The notes: generated from the sequence alone by a model not told the origin. Counted from the first letter of the stretch, positions 12,220-25,163 are shown. The stretch: DNA of 64,000 nt from Takakia lepidozioides (GCA_030704615.1 CM060732.1:81716001-81780000), one strand, 5' to 3'. Translations and numbers: made by a program.

Positions 12220-14970
12220 TTACAAGGTAAGATCAGCAGGGTCCTCTATAATGGTAGCCAGAGTATGCAAAAATTCTGCCAGATCACCGCCATAGATGAT
12301 CCTGTGATCTGCAGTCACATTTACCTGCCACAACCCGAAACACCTATCAATCTATAAACACACACAGGCAGTACCTTAACTGTCTTCATGGAACAATGAC
12401 TTGTGGAAGAGCTGCTTGTAAGCCTTTCTTTTGCAGTCATCAATTGCCTTCCGTGAAAAAGACTAGCTAGGACTAGCAAATTGTACCATGAACTACAATC
12501 AAAAGTGTCAATATAATTTCATTGTGCTTAGGGCTTGAATCTCCGAATTGATGACATGCTTTAGTATAACCACTACAATTCATGAGGAGGAAACAGAAAA
12601 TACAGACCAAGAGGTTAATGGTGTGTACTCAATTCCTCAAATCTTTGACACTCGTTTAAAACAGAACAAATTCTCTACTGTGAGACAACTTAGTCCACCA
12701 AAAATGAAACATGTTTAACAGGCACCCATGTTACCAACCCAGACATTGACGGGGGAATACCTGCATCTGGTTCTTAATGCCAAACAACCCATCTCCAGTG
12801 GCCACAACTGTTGATGCAGAGGATTTCACAGCCATGATTGCTCCCTGCTTAACAATGAGATGTGTTAGTAGTCCAGCTACACAGGGTAATAACTAGGGTA
12901 ATAGGCTCATCAAAAATCATGTCCAGCAGCACACAACATGTTCAGGACAAAAGAGAGTGGAAGAGAGCTTTGTGTAACCAGACATGGAGTACATACCTGG
13001 CCAGGAGGCAGAATTGCATCAAAGCGGTCTACCCCAAACATGCCAAGATTCGACAAAGTAAAAGTCCCTGCAACCATTTTAGGCAGCATCTTATGTCCAT
13101 ATCTTATCTCTTATGCTTTTGTTCTTGTCAGCTCATCACACTTATGGGCATCTTCTTTTTGAAACGATCAATTTGAAAGGCATTAATTTTACAGCTTTTA
13201 CACCCTAAGTTGAACTATATACATGTTATATGAGGCTGTATACAGCTATATAGGTCAACAGCAGATTTCCAAATTATTGTTACATAAATACTAATGCTAC
13301 TGGCAGGCTCGCCTTGGAAGTCTCTCTTGTTCTAGTCTGGGTTCATCCCTCACCCTTGTGGTGTGCTTGTAACTCATGGCCCTCTGAGGATTTTTTTTCC
13401 CCTTCGTATCACTAATTTATTATAGCTTGAAAATACAGTAAATATATTCTCACTGTCCAGTTATATTTGGTAGAAACAGACTTAGTGCATGGTCTAAAAA
13501 GGGAAAGTGCCTAGGTCCATATCAAGGAATGAAAGAAATGCTTGACTTTGCTCTTAATGTATATTTAGCTTCAAAGGAGAAATTCTGTAAAATTTGGGAC
13601 ACATCTCAAATCAACCAAGGGCACACAGCCAGTCAACTTCCAGGCATATAGATTACAATATTTGGAAAAAAAAAACAGAAAAAATGACATTGACTGGTGC
13701 TCCATTCATCACAAATGGAGATGCATGTCTATCACAGATTGCATGGACCATTTCCACCAACATGCTTTGACCATCAGGCTAGGAGGAAGGTCAGACCTGT
13801 GGTGTATTCCTGTGGTGAAAGCTGTTTGGCACGAGCTTTGTCAACGAGCTCCTTCCACTTGCGTGACAGAGAGTAAATGTCCAACTACAAACCGACCCAT
13901 CCGCACCACACAACCATCAACACATATATGAGATTTTTCCCCAAGCAGTATTTCAGGAGCTGCCAAAACTTATTTGATTGACACCTGATCAGTCTGATTC
14001 TGTTACCTCTATGTGGTTTTTTTTAACTCTACCTCCTTTCGTTGACCATCTACTATTGACCTCCAATCATTTTTCTTTGATTCTCTAAGTCAAATCGTTC
14101 TCTGAAGGTAATGTAGAGAGCAAAGCACCACCTCACTCCTTGGATGAATGGACAAAACTTTAAAACACTGGTTGAGATCATCCTGACCGAGCTAACAACC
14201 AACACCACATGACACATGCAAACCAAAATACACAGCATATGACTACCTTGTCAGCATCTTGAAGAACAGGTGTGATGAGTCCTCCATCCATGGCAACGGC
14301 CACAGCAATATTGATGTTCTCATTGTAGGTGAAGCTCTTCCCATCTTTGCAACTTGCATTCACCACGGGGTGCTTGGCTAGTGCCATTGCAGTCGCTTTG
14401 GCCAAGAGTGCTGTCATTGTCACTCCTTTGGACTTGATCTGAATATAACCACCATTGGTCATACAAGTTGTGACTGTTGAGAGATAGGAGCTTGAAAAAA
14501 TCAGCCTGATACAAAACTTGGAAAACTACTCTGGTTGCACAATTTTAATTGACCTGCCAATGAGTATGCTTTCTATTCAACGGGACACTTGGTGGCAATT
14601 GTCAATTTGAGTGTAACATCATCCCATGATAAAAGCGCTATCTGAGAGTAGAATGTGGTATGAAGCAGCTGATAGGACATCAATTTCCAGAATAATTCTC
14701 ACTTTGCACATGTAATCAAATTTAGTGGAAGTGACTCTCATATCTCCAGGCACAGAGCACATACTAAAGAGAGCATACCTTCTTGTAAAGAGCATCGAGG
14801 GCATCAGTTGTGATGGTGTAACCAACCCTGAATGCGGGCACAGAAAGGCTCTCTACCATATTGCGCGACACTGCTGACTGCATTGTGCTGAATGGAACAG
14901 CAGTGCTTGGAACAGGAGCTGCAAAAGCAGGGGCAGGGGCAGGGCTACCCTTGGAGACAGCCGGAGAAGC
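12220..14970 (-). CDS. Plastid pyruvate dehydrogenase E2 (dihydrolipoamide acetyltransferase, LTA2-like), 3' six exons only
   Basis: GT-AG exons about 14970-14779 (PFSTMQSAVSRNMVESLSVPAFRVGY), 14438-14247, 13884-13797, 13068-12998 (GTFTLSNLGMFGVDRFDAILPPGQ), 12845-12762, 12325-12220 (VNVTADHRIIYG...DPADLTL*). Lipoyl and E3-binding exons not found. Confidence 0.9.
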
Positions 14971-16589
14971 CGAAAAGATAGAAGGATGCTAGACCACTTC
15001 TAAACTTAACGAGCTTCTGTTTAATTGCATGTAGCAATAAAGTAACAGTCCAATTGAAAATAACATTTGATTTTTTTTAATAGTAAACATGTGCTTGACA
15101 TAGGCTGGTTTAGTTAATACAGTAATATAAGCTCTATAACTTAATTTTTAATCTAACTTTTAGCAATTTTGATTTAGATGATAACTAAAAATAATTTAAA
15201 ATATTATTAAAATATAAAAGATAAATTATTGTATATTTTTTAATATAAGACATATGAATGTATTTTGCTTAAGATCTATCTCATTCTTGTTATTATCATG
15301 TTTTTGAGATTGTAGGTGGAAAGGGCATGTGAAAACGGAACACACTAGACATAGGATGCGGGTTGAATGCGCAGGAGCCAGCCTGCCAGTATGGTCGTGG
15401 GGATGCCCTTGGCGGGGCCCGCAGTCAAATCCCCACCCCCGCATCCTTGTATTATAGTTATAGCAACGACCGAAGGAGGTCGAGAGCTAGTTTAGCGTAG
15501 AGCAGGAATAGGGTGCCATAGCACCATGTCATCGTCGTCAGCCACATCATCGTCGTCATTTTTGTGTGTCTGTTGTAACGGAACCTTGCAGAGAGTATAT
15601 AGGGTGAAGTCCGAGGACATGGGCCTTCTTGAAATGAGGGGCCGTGCACGAACATCGATAGAACAAGGCATTGCTAATGAAGGCACCTTCTTCAACACAT
15701 TTCACCCTGTTTTGAATGCACCCTCAAATAGGGTTGGGGTGTTTGCTGGGGACTGCTAATCCATGAGCGGCTCAACGAGCGGAAAGATTCGTGAGCGAGA
15801 ATATGCTCATCCGTGAGTGGAAAGATGCTAACGGATGAGGATGAATGTCACCGCGCGGAACCGTGGATGAGAAACCCCCGGGAGACGTGCATCCGCGGGA
15901 AATGATGCATATAACCAGGCAGTAGTTTGCAACTTTGTAGAAGAGACATTGTGCGCATATGGATGTTGGATGAATAATCGATGCATTTTGGATGAACTTT
16001 GGATGAACGTAACATTGAATTTGGATGAACTCTGGTACACCGATGGATGGATGAATGGATGAACAATTGACAACATGATGGATGCCGAGGGCCTGTATTG
16101 TGGACGCCTCAAATATGGATGAATGGAAAAACATAGGTGAAGGAAGTTATGAGAAGAGAAGAATAGGTCCAGAGGCACACACCGGATTCAAATCAAACAA
16201 CTCGGTATTGGTTTATTGATAGATAGTTTGAAAAGAAATGGATCATTTCGAACAAAAAGATCCACCGCCAGAGGAGTTTGCATCTGAAACTGAGTCACAA
16301 CTATCAATGAACACCCTAGCCTGCTATCCACATTTCCCCTCCGGTCGCAAAGCAGAGGAGGGGGAGATGCCTGGAGAGCAAATGCTCTGGCTGCAGCCTC
16401 CGCATAACATGGCAATTCAAGAAGGGGGGGCGTACTAGGATAGAAGTCTGGGTTCGCAAAGAAAAGGAGGAACCTTCACGTTCTTGGGCTCTTGCAAAAA
16501 CATCCCAATCCCCCATTCTCACACCACAGTGGAGGCCCAACTGAAGAAGCAAAAGCTGACAAAGAAGAACGTAAAAAAATGGTCTAAAC

Positions 16590-17625
16590 TTACTCACAAT
16601 CAAAATCGTCGTCAATTTCCATGTCTTCGTGTTCCAGGGCCACTGCTGCGAGCGCCGCATCTATCTGCGTGCCTAAAGTCGAGTTCTTGTGGAGAGAAGC
16701 TATCATCTCATTGTAGAGGTCGGCATTGCCCTCAAAGGCAGATGTCTTCTTGCTGCCTTGCAGACATTGAATGAGCCCCTGCATGCAAAAACGATCAATA
16801 AGCAAAGAGAAAGGCGTATTTGCAATCCAAAAAGAATAGCAAATGAGGGCAGACCATTGAGAGAATGTCAGTGCAAAACCACAAACCTGTTCCAAGAGTG
16901 AGATCAACAACCTGGGACCCTTGAACGCTGCAGCTCTCCATGGCTCTTCGGACGCCCGCAGCACTGTAAGTGATGCATCCACGCAGTTGTAGATGAAATC
17001 ATCATCCACCGGATCGCAAGATGAGTCAACAAGCACCCCCCACCCCCCCCCCTTTCAGGACTTCGAACTCCTTCACAGAAGTGTGGATGGGTGGCATTCT
17101 CTTACAAGACAGTGTGCGTCGAAAGCACGAGTCTGCACAATTAAAACAGGGAAGACACTGGAGTGGGCACCGAAGCCAGGGCTGGGGAAAGACTAACGGG
17201 ACCACTTGCACCATGCTTGTGTCAACGCAAGATGGTACGGAAAAAAGACAAGAAAAAACGGAAAACAGACGAGTAAAAACCGTAGCGACATTTCTGGAGG
17301 GTTGAAAGCAAATGATGAAATGAGAATCTACCTTCTGGCTTGGGAAGTCCCCATTTGTGAGTGGCAAGCTCTTAACTCCATTCCAACTTTATCATCCTTC
17401 ATTCTACCCGCCTTGAGGAAATTGGCGAGCTGGCGCCGACACTTCGAATTGGCTTCTTGGAGGATGAGCAGACAGCCATTGTTAGCCAAGAAGTGCCCAC
17501 AGAATCTGAAGACCCAAGGCCAGCAGCGGTCATTCCATGCATTCCAGGCGGGAGTCACACCCAGCGGAGGAACATCGGGGAGTGGAAGCCCATCGGGAAT
17601 ATCCACAACTACGAGCTCGCCTGCT
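16590..17625 (-). pseudogene. Beta-class N6A/N4C DNA methyltransferase-like gene, copy 1 (spliced, degenerate)
   Basis: Exons about 17625-17331 (ELVVVDIPDGLP...PAWN...FRFCGHFLANNGCLLIL, motif IV-like then motif VI-like), 17133-16888 (DDDFIYNCVD...PWRAAAFKGPRLLISLLEQ), 16779-16590 (ends DDDFDCE*); clearly homologous to 38694-39159. Confidence 0.55.
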
Positions 17626-17732
17626 CTGAAAACAGTCCCCTTTCTTTAAATATTTTTTATTTAATTTTTATTTAAAATTTAAAATTAAATTTTATATATA
17701 TATTAAATATTTTATTAAAAAAACACTCTTGG

Positions 17733-17909
17733 TTAGGCTTGCGTTAATGGAAGCCTGAATCCTGCTTTGAAACTAGTCCCCTTTCCTACACTCTGTGCAC
17801 TTGTGCAAATCCAAGAAAGCCACAATGTGTGTACAGAAACGTCTATGATACCAGGGTACGTAGCCACATCAAAATATTGTAATTAGGCTTGCGTTAACGC
17901 AAGCCTGAA
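17733..17909. repeat. Two copies of the TTGCGT-YR-ACGCAA palindrome
   Basis: Perfect 22-bp aggcttgcgttaacgcaagcct at 17885-17906 and a decayed copy at 17733-17759. Confidence 0.85.
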
Positions 17910-18809
17910 CATAGAGTGAAGCGAGCCATTTACATGTTAGAATGGAACTGCATTCCCATTTGCATTTGCTTACTTTTAGACCCGATTGTTCCCAATGTGT
18001 ATCCGGGCTTGGATTTGGCTTCGTGTTGGTTAATGGCAGCACTTTCTTGAATGAGATCAATCTTGTTTTACAATCAATATTTTTTTTCACTCGAGAATTG
18101 AAATCAATGATTTTTCTCCAACCATCTCCTAACTCACCTCATGACCGATTAATACTTGGGTAAACTTGGAGATGGCTTCGTGCTTGTTAAACCCTAAACT
18201 TTCTTGAATGACATCAATCTTGTTCTGCAATTAGTATTATTTTCCAACCATGTAATTTATTTCATCCATCTAATGGCAACACTTTCTTGAATGAGATCAA
18301 TCTTACAAGAACCTTCTGTAATGGCATTGTTATCCGACATGTGAGGTGTATTCAAAATACGTGAGGCAAAATATGTATAACTTTGACTGGTGGATGGTCA
18401 TACTTCATTCAGCATAGTTCATGTTGTTTCACAATCAATCTTATTACAGTCATCCATGGTTCATTCATCCCTCATTTTTCATCCAACATTCATCCATTCC
18501 AATTTGCCATTCATCCATAAGATTTTCGTTCTCAAATTTTCGTGGAACTCGCCGTCCTCCTGACTCCGAGTCTGAACCTTCCTCAGAAGACATTGAAGGT
18601 GAAAGTGGCCTAAACCGCACACCTTGTCTTGTGTACCCACTAGTATCGCTGGTGCTTGTACCGGCACTCCCTTCAGCAGCTGGTGGCACCTTCGTGATGA
18701 AAACTCACAACCCAACCGGTTGTCAACCTGTCTTTAATCCCCCTCCAAATACTCCTCCAAGGGCCCTCAAATATCTTCCAAACAATCCTCCAAAGGCCCT
18801 TAAATTTCA

Positions 18810-19205
18810 CTATACCTTAACAGAGGTATAGTCTGAGGTTGTTAGGGTCCCTTATGTTGATGATACCTTTACAGAGGTATAGTCTGAAAATAAGGGTTCT
18901 GTTTGGTATACTAACAGAGGTATAGTCTGAGCTGATTAGGGTCCACATATGGTGATACCTCAACAGAGGTATAGTAAAAGGGACAAGCTCCTGTTTGGTA
19001 TACTAACAGAGGTATAGTCTGAGCTGATTAGGGTTCATATATGGTGATACCTCAATAGAGGTATAGTAAAATGGACAAGCTCCTGTTTGGTATACTAACA
19101 GAGGTATAGTCTCACATTAGGGTTCACATATGGTGATACCTCAACAGAGGTATAGTCAAAGGGACAAGCTCATGTTTGGTATACTAACAGAGGTATAGTC
19201 TGAGC
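18810..19205. repeat. Tandem repeat, alternating 43/49-bp units (about 92-bp higher-order unit)
   Basis: Core (c/t)agaggtatagt at 18821, 18872, 18915, 18964, 19007, 19056, 19099, 19145, 19188. Confidence 0.9.
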
Positions 19206-19221
19206 ATACACTACTAGGGTT

Positions 19222-19780
19222 TGTAATGAAGAGCTAGAATGCAAGTCCTTGACTTCTATGCTTCTACTCAAGCAAAAATATGGTCTCTAGGTGGTCATAA
19301 GAGGCATCTTCTTGCTCTCTTCCACCCCAATGTGCAACCAAGAGTGGTCCAACTCAACTTGCAAGTCATTGTCCACCAAATCAATCCCCCTTCTAGTCCT
19401 TGGGATTTGATTGCAAACTACCATATCTCGATTGCCGAGCAATCATGCATTTGTCTCCTCATCACTTGACAATTGCTCCAAATCAACACAAATTATCTCA
19501 ATGTGTAGGAGCAATGCTTGTCACTTACAATAATGCTCCCAAGCAATCCGCCTTGGATCCCACTCTCACGCCATATGCCTCATTTGGGGTCTTGCACCAA
19601 TCCATCATCCATGTGCTCCCCGTGGTCATTTGAATGCATGTTTCATGACCTCTTGGCCTATGTGTTGCTCTCCTTCATCATAACATGAATCAACACCTCT
19701 CCACTTCACACACAAATGGATCTCAAAGGCCTTCACCTCTTGCTAGTTCAAGAGCTCCCCTTCTCAAACTTGAACTTACA
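19222..19780. mobile_element. Possible solo-LTR-like segment
   Basis: Begins TGTAA and ends TTACA; non-coding; no matching TSD. Confidence 0.3.
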
Positions 19781-19974
19781 AACTCAAGCGAGCATGCTCC
19801 ACTAAAACATGAAAATTTAGGGCAATTCTGATAAGAGGGGAAAACAGAATGAAATATGTTGAAGAAGGTGCCTTGATTAGCATTGCCTGATTTTATCAAT
19901 TGTGCCGCTGCTGTTGTGGCTTCCAGTTGACCATCTACCCATGCAAGTTTCTTGGAGCTATTATTCCACAGGGA

Positions 19975-20570
19975 ATCACCCCTTCCCGCATCATTGCTCA
20001 TAGGTCTCCAAAGCCTCCATCTGCGCCCTTGTTGTGCATATCCTGCAATCATCGCACTCCACGACACCACATCTCGTTCAGCCATACTGTTGAACACTTC
20101 ATTTGCATCCTCGATGCACCCACATTTGGCATACATGCAGTTGCTCATAGGTCTCCAAAGCATTCCTACCACACCCATGTTAAATCCTGCCAACATTATA
20201 TTCAACGTGATCAAAGTTCGTTGAGGCATTTCGGTGAACACTCGGTGTGCATTCATGATGCTCCTGCACTTAACATACATGTTCACAAGGGTGTTGAGGA
20301 GAAAAACACTTGGTGTGAATCCACTTTGGATAATGTGAGTGTGCACCTGCTTTCCAGCTTCCAGACCCTTCAATTTGATGCACTTAAGCAAGAGACAGAC
20401 ATACATATCTGAATCTGCTGAAATGCTCCTTGGTTTAACGGTTGTAGAGCCTCTTTCAGTCTGCCTGCCTCACAAAGCATCTTCACATGCCCAGAAGAGC
20501 CAGAAGAGGACTCCCTCTCTTGATCCTCTTTTAGAAGCTGTGGTCATGGTTGAGGTGCATGATTTAAATC
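19975..20570 (-). pseudogene. PLS-class PPR gene, N-terminal part, decayed
   Basis: LEAGKQVHTHIIQSGFTPSVFLLNTLVNMYVKC...MYAKCGCIEDANEVFNSMAERDVVSWSAMIAGYAQQG with deletions and frameshifts. Confidence 0.85.
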
Positions 20571-21750
20571 AGGCCTGCCAGGCCTGCAATGCACACAAAC
20601 ATGATGTGGCCGAGCTGAACCCCTTCCCCCATCATTTGCTCATAGGTCTCCAAAGCCTCCATCCCACGTCCCTGTTGTGCATACCTTGCAAGCATCGCAC
20701 TCCACGACACCACATCTCGTTCAGCCAGAGTGTTGAACACTCCATTTGCATCCTCGATGCACCCACATTTTGCATACATGCCCACTAGGGTATTGTTCAA
20801 AATGACATTTGGTACAATTCCAGCTCTGAAGGTGTCACCATGGACCTCCTTCCCCTTTTCCAGAGCTGCCAGGGCAGTGTTTCAAATGACATTAGGTACA
20901 ATTCCAGCTTTGATGATATCCCTATGCACCTCTTTGCCCTTCTCCACGGCTGCCAGGCCTGCAATGCATACAAACATGATGTGGCCGGGCTGAACCTCTT
21001 CCCCCATCATTTGCTCATAGGTCTCCAAAGCCTCCATCCCACGTCCCTGTACATGTTGTGCATACCGTGCAAGCATCGCACTCCACGGCACCACATCTCG
21101 TTCAGCCATAGTGTTGAACACTCCCTTTGCATCCTCGATGCACCTACATTTTGCATACATGTCCACTAGGGTATTGTTCAAAATGACATTTGGTACAATT
21201 CCAGTTCTGAAGGTGTCACCATGGACCTCCTTCCTCTTTTCCAGAGCTACCAGGGCAGTGTTTCGAATGACTTTAGGTACAATTCCAGCTTTGATGATAT
21301 CCCCATGCACCTCTTTGCCCTTCTCCAGGGCTGTCAGGCCTGCAATGCATACAAACATGATGTGGCCGGGCTGAACCCCGTCCCCCATCATTTGCTCATA
21401 GGTCTCCAAAGCCTCCATCCCACGTCCCTACTGTGCATACCCTACAAGCATCGCACTCCAAGACACCGCATCTCATTCAGCCATAGTGTTGAACACTCCC
21501 TTTGCATCCTCGATGCACCTACATTTTGCATACATGTCGACTAGGGTATTGTTCAAAATGACATTTGGTACAATTCCAGCTCTAAAGGTGTCACCATGGA
21601 CCTCCTTCCCCTTTTCCAGAGCTGCCAGGGCAGTGTTTCGAATGACATTAGGTACAATTCCAGTTTTGATGATATCCCCATGCACCTCTTTGCCCTTCTC
21701 AAGGGCTGCCAGGCTTGCACAAGCATTGCAATGCACACAAACATGATGTG
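20564..21750 (-). pseudogene. Tandemly amplified PPR triplet (three 375-381 bp units)
   Basis: ORFs 21473-21736, 20882-21418 and 20564-20800 share one frame, broken by two CGA>TGA stops; near-identical units start at 20581, 20956, 21337. Confidence 0.9.
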
Positions 21751-23049
21751 AGAGGGCAAAACAGGCTGAAATAGGTCAAAGAAGAAGGTGCCCTCACCAC
21801 ATTGTCCTTGAGCTTGTGTCATGACTTGACCGACCATCAACCCAAAAGGACCTCTTGTGTGTGCTACTTGTAGTCAGGTAATGTCGGATTGGTCTGTGAG
21901 ATTGAACCACCACGGTGCAGCTGAGTAGGCAGAGATTGAAACACGACCTGCTAAGACCAAGCTAACTCTCCCAAGAATAGCGAGCTCACAAGAATGTTGC
22001 GAGCTTCTCCTCGTCTCATCTCCTCCTCCTCTCCTCACTACTACAGAAACCGGTTTTTCCAACACCACCCATAGTTCACACCTGGCACTTTGAACGGCTC
22101 TTCTTACACCCATGTGAGACGAGGCAAGGTGTGATTTGGATCATTGTAGGAAAAGCCACATGGTGTTACAAATTTCACACTCGAATGACACCCATACGGT
22201 CAACAGATGTTGACCAAGATAATTCATATGGGGCATTTGACATGAGTGTCAAATGAGTCATGGAGTGTGAGGTGAGCGTCAGATGTCCTACAGGAATTTG
22301 GGGCAACTATATGGCGTGGCACATTGACCATCAAGGTGGATATGACTTGGCCCATTGACCATCCAGGTGGAAGATGGATGGATAAAATGACTTCCACCTC
22401 TATTCAACATGCCCTGGACGACATAACACATAGACTTTTGTTTAGAGAATTTAAGTTCAAAAAGGTTATTAGGGTTATGGGGACCAACAATCCAAAAAGA
22501 TGCAGTGCTCATGCAGCTGACGACAATATCGTTATGAGAATGTCACACTATAATGAACAATGTAAAACAATTGCTTTGAGAAGCTATAGATAAAACTACC
22601 ACATGTCGTCTCAGAGATTTGGGAGCCCGGCAATGTCAATCCCATTTCTGTCCAGTCAACCGTGACCCTTCACAATGAGACAGTCTGAAGCTGAGCTGAG
22701 CACGGATTTCAATCTCTACTAGTCCAACCGTACTAGAGAAATATCCAGTGATCCTCAGACAAGGTTTTCTTTGCCACCTTACATAAATTGTTCCCAATGA
22801 CTCAATCCCTGTCCACATTGTTGCTAGATTCAAGAAGCTTGGACAAAGTGCCTTGCTCTTTGTGACTGCCTCCTTTTTTGAGACAGCAGGGTTTTTTTTG
22901 CTACGGGTGTCCTTCACTCACAACCGTCTTTTTTACATTGCGTCCAGGATATCAATGATCACCCCAGCCTGAATTTTGCCCCACCCTATCAAGCGCCAGT
23001 GCTTTTTAACTAGTGCTTTTCAACTCGTCTACTGAGGGGCCCACTTTCT

Positions 23050-23440
23050 CCCCTTCGCTGGTACATGTCAAAATCACTCCAAGAGCCATAGTGTTGGAAA
23101 ACTGCCTTCGCATCCTTGATGCTCCCACATTTGGCATACATGTCCACAAGGGCATTGTTCAGAATCACATCAGGTAGAATTCCAGCTTTGACAATGAAGC
23201 CATGGACCTCTTCCTTTTTTCCAGAGCTGCCAGGTTTGCCCTTGATGCTCCCACATTTGGCATGAGGCATTTGGCATACCCTTGATGCTCCCCACATTTG
23301 GATCGCATCTGTTACAATTCCAACTTTGGTGATGCATCCAAAGCTGCCAGACTTGCACACGCACTGCAAACGCACAATCTCGTTCAGCCATAATGTTGAA
23401 CACGCATCCTCAGTGCTCCCACATTTGCTATACATGTGTC
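23050..23440 (-). pseudogene. PPR fragments inside the CACTA element
   Basis: MYSKCGSTEDA...EVHGFIVKAGILPDVILNNALVDMYAKCGSIKDAKAVF with frameshifts; another piece at about 24190-24290. Confidence 0.8.
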
Positions 23441-23444
23441 CACC

Positions 23445-25163
23445 ACCAGCTAACTTGAAGAATTCAACATGGAAATTTAGGGCCGATTCTAATAAGAGGG
23501 AAAAACAGGGTGAAATGTGTTGAAGAAGGTGCCCTCATTGCCTGATTTTACCAATTGTGTCGCTGCTGCTGCGGCTTCCAATTGACCATCTACCCATGCA
23601 GGTTTCTTGTACCAAATCCTTCCACAAGGAATCATAGGCAATGGTGTGCTTGAAATGTGGCCCTCACCGATGAATCTGGACCCACACTCTATCCCTGCTC
23701 CTTCAGCTATCCATGCCTCTGCACAAATCATGCATACATCCTTGCCTTGCTGGTAGCAGCTGACAATAACAGCCTACATTTGTTCAAGGAAACACCCAAC
23801 TCAACTTCTCACACTAGTTCATATGCTCAATTGCATCTGCTACTCTCTGTAATCCAACAGACATTCACCTTTTTCCCACAATTGGGCCACCATTGATTAG
23901 GGTCAGAAAAGTATTCATGCCACAGCTTCATGACTGTTTAGGGTTCACTGTCACAAATGAAAGTGTGTTTGTCAGAATTCTGCCCACCCCAACAGCTCAG
24001 TCACTCCCACCCATGGAAGGTACCATGCTGTATCAAGTATAAACCCTGGAAAAGTACATGCAATAGCAGAAACCAACTCTACACCATAGCACAACTGGCT
24101 TGGTACCTCCCATGTGGAGCTTGCCTCCGCCTTCTACCATTTCGCCTCTGCCTTGTAGGTGCATTCAAGTTGGCAATGGCCAATTCAGCAATTCAAAGGC
24201 TCCATCCCACTTCACTGCTGTGCACATCCTGCAAGCATCGCGCTCCACGACACCACATCTTGTTCAGCCATGGTGTTGAACACTCCCTAAACTTGACCAA
24301 ATCAGAAAAGTATTCATTCCACACCTTCTCCTCATCTCTTGTACCTGTTTCTGGATAGTTTCCTGTTGTCACATTGGCAGTATCATGTCAAAGTCACTCC
24401 AATCTATCAAAGATTCAGTCAACCAGCTAATTTGCATAATTCAACATGGAAATTTAGGGCCGATTGTGATAAGGGGGAAAAACAGGCTGAAATGTGTTGA
24501 AGAAGGTGCCCTCATCGCCTGATTTTACCAATTGTGCCGCTGCTGCTGCGGCTTCCAGTTGACCATCTACCCATGCAGGTTTCTTGTACCAAATCCTTCC
24601 ACAAGGAATCATAGGCAATGTTGTGCTTGAAATGTGGCCCTCTTGGATGAATCTGGACCCACACTCTATCCCTGCTCCTTCAGCTATCCATGCCTCTCAC
24701 AAATCATGCATACATCTTTGCCTTGCTGGTAGCAACTGACAATAACAGCCTACATTTGTTCAAGGAAACACCCAACTCAACTTCTCACACTAGTTCCTAT
24801 GCTCAATTGCATCTGCTACTCTCTATAATCCAACATGCATTCACCTTTTTCCCACAATTGGGCCACCATTGATTAGGGTCAGAAAAGTATTCATGCCACA
24901 GCTTCATGACTGTTTAGGGTTCACTGTCACAAATGAAAGTGTGTTTGTCAGAATTCTGCCCACCCCAACAGCTCAGTCACTCCCACCCATGGCAGGTACC
25001 ATGCTGTATCAAGTCTAAACCCTGGAAAAGTACATGCAATAGCAGAAACCAACTCTACACCATAGCACAACTGGCTTGGTACCTCCCATGTGGAGCTTGC
25101 CTCCGCCTTCTACCATTTCGCCTCTGCCTTGTAGGTGCATTCAAGTTGGCAATGGCCAATTCA
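23445..25163. repeat. Direct duplication of about 742 bp (23445-24187 and 24422-25163)
   Basis: Near-identical copies offset by about 977 bp; includes the last codons and 3' region of the transposase. Confidence 0.9.

Noticed and set aside
18810-19205. CRISPR array
   Set aside because: The apparent spacers are themselves two alternating repeated sequences, so this is a minisatellite.
19209-19222. CACTA terminus (cactactaggg)
   Set aside because: No matching TIR or TSD, and no similarity to the real TIRs beyond CACTAC.
20882-21475. TGA stops repaired by U-to-C RNA editing
   Set aside because: Such editing is organellar; this is nuclear DNA and CpG deamination explains the changes.
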